Source of the DNA: Azolla caroliniana
Lineage: Eukaryota > Plantae > Polypodiophyta
Direction: 5' to 3'
Length of the DNA: 64,000 nucleotides
Assembly (NCBI GenBank): GCA_043228905.1
Contig: JBHGNT010000001.1
Location: 26,908,001-26,972,000 of the forward strand
Part shown: positions 26,793 through 35,600 of the stretch, one piece after another
How positions within the stretch are numbered: position 1 is the first letter of the stretch
How the letters are laid out: each line of letters starts with the position of its first letter
Made by a program: the position numbers and the translations under genes
The notes under the pieces: model-generated
Databases searched by the model: none
Told to the model about the DNA's origin: nothing
What the model saw: the letters and a program-made list of their open reading frames with translations, nothing else

Positions 26793-27092
26793 GAAAATTG
26801 ATGTATATTCCAGATTTCTCTGGAACATTCTAGAAACTTCAAGAGTATTCCTTAGAACACTATAAAAGGAGGCACAAGGCATTATTTCGAACCAAATAAG
26901 TTCAAACTGTCAGGAACAATACTAAGACAGAGAAGGAATTAGTACTAAAAGAAGTATTAGTACTAAGAGAGGTGAAGAACTCTCGAGAGAAGGAAAGAGT
27001 GAGTGAGAGGGAGGGAGAGAGAGAGAGAGTGATGATAAGAAAAGATATATATTATGTGAAGAAAATGTACAGTAGCTAGGAGGCTTAAGACT

Positions 27093-27315
27093 GAGTACGA
27101 GGTTGCCACCATCCTTGATTCCAAGCTTGTTCGCAACAAGCTCTACTATCTAGTCGATTGGCTAGGATATAGTCCCAGCGAGCGTACTTGGGAACTGATA
27201 GAGAATGTCACCAATGCTTGTGCTCTTCTTGAAGACTTCCATCGTCAATATCCAGACAAACCGGGTCCTCAATCCAAAACGACTCGTTACACTCGTCGTT
27301 TTAAAGGGGGGATAG
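27093..27315 (+). pseudogene. Integrase C-terminal chromodomain of element B
   Basis: EYEVATILDSKLVRNKLYYLVDWLGYSPSERTWE..ENV..A..LLEDFHRQYPDKPGP is a classic chromodomain with the Y/W/Y aromatic cage. Confidence 0.9.
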
Positions 27316-30187
27316 TGTCATGATATGGCAAGACTCGAACCCATGACCTTATGCTACATGGGTCGAGTTCTTGACCATTAGACTATACATTGTAATACGT
27401 TGTCGCGTTGTTATGCGCGTGTGTGGAGAAAGGCGGGACCACGGGGGTCTTGGACTAGGGAGCGATGGAGCGTAGGAAGTCGTGCTTCACTGTTTTTGGG
27501 GCATCCCTGAAACACACCGGAAGCAGCCGAAGGGAGAGGGAGAGAGAGAGCGTGCTTAACACCGACTCACGATCACACACACACACACACACACACACAC
27601 AACCCGACTCACGCCTTATGTACAGAAAACGCAGGAGAGGGTAAGCACCCGACACCAACAACGACGCCAATATACACAGACAAACGTATATATATATATA
27701 TATAAAGGAGAATACATTCCCGGCTTCGAGCCGGACTGAGGTAGGTTACAGTAGTCGTTTGCTGCCCAGCCGTCGTCGGGGAGCTCTCAGCTCGTTGCGC
27801 CGAGCGGGGTCTTGCACAGGAGGCCGAACCAAAGCAAACCCTAAGCGAACACGCAGAAGAAGAAGAAGAAGAAACCTAACTCTAAACCTAACGGTATACC
27901 CTCTAATGCAAAATGGGCAACCCCTTCACAAAGGGCGTTCCCTTCCTTTTATAGAACAAGGAAAGGGATGAGTTACAATGTGGGACAAATCCTGCCTTAC
28001 ATGGGATCGTCTGCCTCGACTTGACTACTCTTCGGCGCCATAAAGGCGCCCTCGATATTCACACTAAATGTACATGGGTGCGTTCACACGCTGCACCCCG
28101 CCGATGTAGCCAATGTTTCCCGGTTTCCGCCTCTGGCCGAAATTCTTCACGACATCCGCCCCCACCTAATTGCACGTCCACCGGTACATGCCAAATCAGG
28201 TTGAAGGGTGAGAGATTTCGGCCGGTGAGAAACCGGTCTTCCGTGATCCGCATCTCGGCTTGCTGCCGGTTTGATCCGTCGGCTTCGAGTCTTCCTTCGC
28301 GCTCGCCTTCCCGTAGGCTCGTTCGACCCGTCGATGGGTCCTTTGCCGCGATCTCCGTAGTACACGTACTTCCGTTGGCCCTTGTTCGGCCGTATGAACG
28401 CCCCGCTTCCTGCCGTAGGCCCGATGTCCTCCGCTTGAGGCATGCTCGTAGTGGCCCGCTTGGCCTCCGTTGATCATTCGCGTCGTCCTGATTGCCGTCC
28501 CATGTCATTTCGCGTTGCCCTCGTCCTTTCGCCGCCACCTTCCTTCTCCATGGTCTTATATCACCGCGTCAGCTCGAGCCGCCATGGTCTCCGGAACGGT
28601 GTGGAGGATCCCTTTCCGGCCTTCTCCGCGATACCTCCGAACCGCGCAACCAATCACCGCGCTCGCCTTTCCGCTCCGGCACCTCCGTGTGCCACATACC
28701 CTCGTTCGTTGTTTGGCACTGTCTGTGTTGCACTCCTTGTCGGCCCCTTTTTCGGCCAAATCGTGCATCGCCGCTCACCCGCATACCGGTGTCCTTTGCA
28801 TCCGAGGAACACCCCGTAGTAGCCCGCTTGGCCCTTCCCGTCTTCGTGCTACCGCGATAAGTCCTGAGTCGTCCACTTGCCGTCGTCCACTTGCCGTCGT
28901 CCCCTCGCCCCCACCAGCCTGTCATCCCGGCTTGCCGTGTCAGTCTTCGCTACTTCGACGGAGCTACTGAGATCTACGAAGCGAGTGTGGAGGATCCTCC
29001 TCCGGCCTCTCTTGCCATCCCATGACTCCGACCCTGTGCAGTTCACTAGGCACTTGTCACCTCGTTCCTGACACCTCCCTTGTGCCGTCTTTCGCTTCCT
29101 TCGCTCGGCCCCGCCCGCGCCGAACACCGTCCCGTAGTCACACTTCGATCCGGCCCGCGATGGCCACTTGCGAGACCCTTGTTCTGTTCCAGGTGTGCCT
29201 TTCCAGCCTGACACACCTTCCCGTATTTGCCCCTACCGGCTCCTTCCGAAACCTCGTGTCGTCGGGTCCCGTTCCCTGCCGCCACTGTCCTTCTCCATCG
29301 GTCTTACGTTGCCGCGTTGGCCGATCAGCCGAGGTCTCCGGATCGGTGTGAGGGTCCCATAGGACCGGACTCCGTTTCTATGCCTGCCGTAATTCGGGTG
29401 GCTTTTGTTTGAGTCCCTCCCGGACTCTCCTCGTGTCTTCCGTGTTTCCCACCGCCACCTTCCTTCTCCCTCGGTCTTACGTTGCCACGTTGGCCGAACA
29501 GCCGGAGTCTCCGGTTAAGTGTGGGGATCCCGTAGGACTGGACTTCCTTACACCCATTGCCTTCGTCACCTCGCCGCCACCGTCAGTATCTTGGTCTTAC
29601 GTCGACCGCATTGCCGACTGCCGAAGTCTCTAGGACCGGTGTGAAGGATCCTCTGTAGGCCGCCGATTTGTAGCCCTTTTTGCCTTCGTCACCTCGCTGC
29701 CATCGTCAGTATCTTGGTCTTACGTCTACCGCGTTGCCGACTGCCAAAGTCTCTAGAACCAGTGTGAAGGATCCTCCGTAGGCCGCCGATTTTTCTTCTT
29801 GACCCTGTCCCAGGTCGTCCTCCTCTGCATGCCGAGAGGGCGTTTTGTTCCGCACCCTCTCCCGTGGTACCGACGTACCGTTTCCTCGGCCTCTTCGTAG
29901 GCCAGCTCTCTTCCTCCCTCCCGGAATGGTCATCCGGGAGTCCGCTCCGCCCGGTTCTCGCTCGGGTTCGTTCGTCCTTCTCCGGATTGCCGGGTCCCAT
30001 TCTCCTGTCGCCACCGATCTCTCGTATAGGACTTACGCCGGCATTCGGGCCTGCAGCCGGATCGGTGTAAGGAAACCCATAGGACCAACTTTCATTCTCT
30101 TTCCAAATCTCGACCTTCGCCTGGCCGGTCTTTCTCCCCATGTAAAAGAGGGCGGCTCGTCCCGCACCCTCTCCCGTATCGGCACTT

Positions 30188-31627
30188 TCATGCCGAATCC
30201 GGCCTTGATCGAACAATCCACGACCGGATCATGCTCCACCCGTATCGGAAAGCCGATCTCCTCGTGCCGCTTCCGTCCTCGGCATCCTCGCAGCCCGTTT
30301 CCCATCCGACTTCGCTGGCATCGTGCCAGGACTCCTCGGTACCGCCATCCATCTCCTCGGTCTTACATGGGCATACGGGCCCAAATGCCGAGTTCTCCAG
30401 AATCGAGTCTGTGGGCTTTCGTCCGCTCCTTCCCCGTATCATCTCGCCGATGATCCTTGGCCTCCCGCCGCCGCCTTCCTCCGCTTGGGACTCATGTGGG
30501 CACTCGGGCCCAACTGCCATCGTCCCGAGAGCAAGTGTGGGAAGACACAAAGAATCGCCCGTCCGATTTACGCCCTTGTCCGTAGCCACCGGCTCTCCGT
30601 GGTCGGCGGTCGTCTTCTTACCGATCGCGCAAGCCCCGTCTGGGCTTGCTTCTCCAATGACCGGGATCTCGGGCTGACACGCCCGAAACCGCTGGTCCCA
30701 ACGTTTCGGTTCCGCGATCTGTATCCCAGCCTCGTCCTTGGCCGTTCTATCTCCGCAAGTCGAGAGGGTGTTTTGTTCCGCACCCTCTCCCGTGGTACCG
30801 TGGTACCGATCTTCCGCCGTCGCGTGGGGCAAGTCCGTCTTCTGGGTCTCGGCTTGCGGCCTCCGTCTTTCCTCTTCCTCGAGCATGGCCTCGAGAGCTG
30901 CGTACGCCTCCGCAATCCTGGCCCCAACGCCGACCCTTGCCGACTCTCTTTGCCGTTCGGCCTCTTCCCGCTGTGATGGCATGCCGTTGCGTACCTTCCT
31001 CTTAGCCTTCTCGGCTCGCTCGTTGTCTAGCCGTTGGCACACCCTTCCGACCTTCGACCAGTCCTCCGTAAGCCCATTCGCTCCGTCATCGTCTTCGAGC
31101 TCAATCCCGATGGCTTCCCATTCCGCTCGGTTGATCGACCTGACGAACAAAAGGACTTTGTCCGCCCCCACCAAACCTTGTTCCTGCTTCGGGAGCCGAG
31201 CAAGCCGTCGCTCGAACTCTCGGAACGCCTTGGTCGCGCCCCGGTGGGTCTTTGCCGATGCAACCCACTGGTCAAAGTCGTGCCGTCCCCAGCTCTTCCG
31301 CCGTCCTCCGTATGCCTTCAGGAGCGCCTCTTCGAAGGCCTCCCACGAACTATGAGCCTCACGGAGCTCCTTTATTTCCGCATGCATCCGGACAGCCACG
31401 ACTCGACAGAAGAACTCCAACCTCAACGCCTCATCTACGCCACACACCTCCATTTCCGCGTTGTAGGCTTCCAAGTAAGATGGGACTTTGTCCCCGTTGA
31501 AACGGCCGACTCTTCCGACCACTCGCTCAACCGCTTGTTCCGCTGCTTCTCGCCTCATCACCACTCGTGTCGACTCCCACACCACTTCGGCCACCATCTC
31601 CGCAAGGTCGTCGTCTTCCGACTCCAT
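30188..31627 (-). CDS. Gag-like protein of element C (479 aa)
   Basis: Starts ~15 nt after the PBS. GRFNGDKVPSYLEAY, WEAFEEALLKAY and FREFERRLARL..DKVLLFVRSI resemble a retrotransposon capsid; the C-terminus is low-complexity. Confidence 0.7.
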   Translation of the reverse strand: MESEDDDLAEMVAEVVWESTRVVMRREAAEQAVERVVGRVGRFNGDKVPSYLEAYNAEMEVCGVDEALRLEFFCRVVAVRMHAEIKELREAHSSWEAFEEALLKAYGGRRKSWGRHDFDQWVASAKTHRGATKAFREFERRLARLPKQEQGLVGADKVLLFVRSINRAEWEAIGIELEDDDGANGLTEDWSKVGRVCQRLDNERAEKAKRKVRNGMPSQREEAERQRESARVGVGARIAEAYAALEAMLEEEERRRPQAETQKTDLPHATAEDRYHGTTGEGAEQNTLSTCGDRTAKDEAGIQIAEPKRWDQRFRACQPEIPVIGEASPDGACAIGKKTTADHGEPVATDKGVNRTGDSLCLPTLALGTMAVGPECPHESQAEEGGGGRPRIIGEMIRGRSGRKPTDSILENSAFGPVCPCKTEEMDGGTEESWHDASEVGWETGCEDAEDGSGTRRSAFRYGWSMIRSWIVRSRPDSA

Positions 31628-32205
31628 CCTCCCTTGCCACCTTTCACGTCGGTTTCACCAAATATGTCGCGTTGTTACGCACGTGCGTGGAGAAAGGCGG
31701 GACCACGGGGGTCTTGGACTAGGGAGCGACGGAGCGTAGGAAGTCGTGCTTCACTATTTCTGGGGCATCCCTGAAACACACCGGAAGCAACCGAAGGGAG
31801 AGGGAGAGAGAGAGCGTGCTTAACACCGACTCACGCACACACACACACACACACACACACAACCCGACTCACGCCTTATGTACAGAAAACGCAGGAGAGG
31901 GTAAGCACCCGACGCCAACAACGACGCCAATATACACAGACAAACATGTATATATATATATATATATATAAAGGAGAATACATTCCCGGCTTCGAGCTGG
32001 ACTGAGGTAGGTTACAGTAGTCGTCTGCTGCCAAGCCGCCGTCGGGGAGCTCTCAGCTCATCGCGCCGAGCGGGGTCTTGCACAGGAGGCCGAACCAAAG
32101 CAAACCCTAAGCGAACACGCAGAAGAAGAAGAAGAAGAAACCTAACTCTATGTTGGGATTACGGTCCCTCCGGATGGGATGGTCAGATGTCCGGGAATCG
32201 GGAAT

Positions 32206-32425
32206 GAAGACCCGGTTTCGGATCCGGATGATGAAGACCCCAGCTACGGAGCCGGATGACGAAGACCCGGTTTCGGATCCGGATGATGAAGACCCTGGCT
32301 ACGGAGCCGGATGACGAAGACCCGGTTTCGGATCCGGATGATGAAGACCCCGGCTACGGAGCCGGATGACGAAGACCCGGTTTCGGATCCGGATGATGAA
32401 GACCCCGGCTACGGAGCCGGATGAC
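32206..32425 (+). repeat. 55-bp (27+28) tandem array in the D LTR U3: 4 units in the 5' LTR, 2 in the 3' LTR (~42509-42618)
   Basis: Unit gaagacccggtttcggatccggatgat-gaagaccccggctacggagccggatgac. Confidence 0.95.
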
Positions 32426-32666
32426 GAATGTACCCGGAGAGAGATCCGGATGCGGGGACATATTTATGAATATGTTTGCCAAGGGCCCTCTAGGCTATAT
32501 TTGTAAATAGCCCGAAAGTCATATGTGTATAAATATGACTTAGGGCAAACAGTTTTGTTGTTGTTGCTCATTTTTCTGTTTTCCACTTAGAGGGAGCGAA
32601 ATGAGAGCAGCCGAGAGAGAGAGTGAGAGAGAGCGAAAGGAAGAGGTCGACGCCTCTGTGTAATAC

Positions 32667-35600
32667 TGTCGAATACATGTGTATAATGGACGTATTCACA
32701 CTATCCCGTTTTGGCCATTTATGTAATTAGCATAAAGGGTAGTTGCCCTAAGTCGGTCACTATATATAGTGACCTTGTAACCTTTTTGTAAGGTTGGGTG
32801 TTGTATTATTGCTTTATGGAATAAGGAGTCTTTTTGTGCCTCTCTGTCTCTCTCCCTCTCTCTCTCTCTGTGCAACGACCTACAAACTGTCATACGCAGG
32901 TATTCAGAACACAATCAAATGCTACTTGATCTTCCGCAAAGACGACTTTGTCTCCAACATCTGGTATCAGAGCCTGCACAGTAGTCGGTCCTTCAATCCG
33001 CTGTCGGCCGTCGTCTCAGCATTCGGTTTCCTGCGTCATTCGAAGAAGAGAGAAGAAGAAGAAAAACGAGGCCTGCATCTCATCGCGTTAGATCATCTTT
33101 GCTTGGAGTAAGCCAGCAGGTTGTACTCCGTTCCTTGTGATCGTAACCGCTCGAGGTGAAATCCCCTTGTGCAACTTTGACACGATCGTGCTCCATTCGG
33201 TTAAACGGCATCCGAAGAGGTCATCAAACGCTGCTCGCCGCTCATTGTAACCACTCGGTGCAGATCGGTCTCAAGACAACAACCCCAATTCGTGCTTCAT
33301 CCGGCTGATCGACATTCGAGAGGATCAGTTGGATCCATCTCTCTCGTCGCTGCAGTCACCCGAAGCCGAATCGGTCCAGATAATCGGTTTCAATAATCGG
33401 TATTCGGCATATATATCCGAAACGAACCGGGCTCACTCCGACTCGGCAACATTCGGGAAGACCAGTCGGTTCTGTCCCTCAAGCTACCGGAGTCAATTCG
33501 AGCAAGTTCCGAAGCCGAACCGACTCGGGTTCAAATCCGACTAGAACGATATCGGGTGAGCCAACCGGCTGCAGTCCAACAAGGTTCGTAGTCAACTCCG
33601 AACCGAGCTTCGTCAACCGAAACCAAATTTGATGGCGTCAACATCCGGCTCGTCAGAAATGAGTCTACGAAAGTTCGATGGATCGAACTTCAACTTCTGG
33701 AAGGAACAAATGCAGGACTATCTCATAGTCAAGGGGCAAATCGACCCCATCGAAAATGAAGAACCTCCAGAAGGATACAAACCAATTGAGTGGCAGAAGC
33801 TGGACAGAATCGTCCGCGCCACGATTCGGATGCACCTATCGGAATCGGTATACTTTACGGTGCAATCGTGTACGACAACATTCGAACTGTGGAAAACACT
33901 GTCGGACACTTACGAAAAGAAGGTCGCCGCAACGAAGATGTTTCTGATCCGGCGCCTCTACAACTTGCGGATGAAAGAATCCGATTCGGTCCAAGCACAC
34001 CTCAATGAGTACGAAAGCATAAGCTCCCAAATCTCGTCACAGGGGACGGCAATCGAGGATGAACTCAGAGCAATGATACTCATGAGCAGCCTTCCCTCAT
34101 CATGGGAAACTTTCGTCACAACCGTGTGCAACGCGTCAACCACGGCTGTTAAATACTCCGAAGTCACGAGCGCAATCCTGACCGAAGCAGCTCGGAGAAA
34201 GTCTTTCGCCAAAGACTCAACAGACGACGCTTACGTAGTACAAGGTTCGACAGACCGATCGAACATACGAGGAAGAGATTCCTCACGGCCGCCGAACAAT
34301 CAGCGAAGACGGAGCCAATCACGGGATAACCGAATCTGCAACTATTGCAAGAAACCCGGACACATCAAAGCCGACTGCCGCGCACTCAAGAACAAGAACA
34401 ACAAGAAGAGTGGCCGGCATGAGGAGATCAATTACGTCAGCTTCTCAGCGGATGTACTACCGGACGACCCGAATATACTATCAATCGAAAATCCAGTCGG
34501 ATCAGAAGTTCTACTCACGACTGAAGAATCGAGCACATGGCTCTTAGATTCGGGCGCGTCATTTCACGTGACTCCTCATCGATCCCAATTTCGGCAATAT
34601 ACGATCCGTCACTCCGACTCAGTTCGAGTCGGCAACTCACAACACTGTGACATCATCGGAATCGGCACAGTAGAGCTCAACCTTGCAGGTGGCTCTACAC
34701 TTGTACTCCACAATGTCCGACATGTACCCGAGCTCTCAAGGCCATTGATCTCAGTCGGACAACTAGATGAAGACGGCATTCGTGCCGGTTTTTCTTCGGG
34801 AGGGTGGACACTCCACAGGGGGAACCTCCTGCTTGCTAGAGGACCCAAGATACACTCCCTGTATCCGTTACATGTTACGCTCAGAGAGGGTAACCTATTT
34901 TTGGTGGATATTCCTGTGTCATCACTATGGCACCGAAGATTAGGACACCTCAGCAAGGCCGGCATCACGCATCTATCTAGAGCCGGATACATCCCCAAAC
35001 TCTCCTTCTCGGACCATCAATTCTGCGAGCATTGCCAGTATGGCAAACAAGCAGCCGCATCACACCCGACATCAGCACCAAGAGAAACGAGACCTCTTGA
35101 TTTGGTCCACTCGGACGTCTGTGGCCCAATGTCGCATCAGTCTCTCGGCGGTGCCTCTTACTTCGTCACTTTTATTGACGATTCAACTCGAAAGGTGTGG
35201 GCTTATCCAATTCGCACCAAAGATGGGGTCTTCTCGATCTTCACCGATTGGCTCGCTATGGTAGAAAATCAAACCGACCGAAAGCTGAAATGCTTTCGGA
35301 CAGACAATGGGGGAGAGTTTAAATCCGAAGAATTCGTCAAATTCTGCCGACAACGCGGCATCCGACGTGAATTTACGACACCACACAGTCCGGAGCAAAA
35401 CGGGATTGCCGAACGCATGAATCGGACAATCCAAGAACGGACAGTTTCCATGCTCCAACACTCTGGACTGTCGGATGGCTTCTGGGCAGAGGCTCTACTC
35501 ACGGCAGTACACATAATCAATATGTCGCCAAGTAGACCTCTAGGACTTCAAATTCCTCAGGAACTATGGATCGGCAGTAAGCCGAATTACGACAAGCTGA

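Noticed and set aside
28021-31774. Many overlapping 100-250-aa ORFs on both strands in element C, and antisense ORFs in D and E
   Set aside because: Expected shadow ORFs of GC-rich sequence or of the real polyprotein frames; no domain motifs.
32206-32425. Regular short palindromic repeats resembling a CRISPR array
   Set aside because: Units are contiguous with no unique spacers, lie within a copia LTR, and there are no cas genes; the DNA is eukaryotic.
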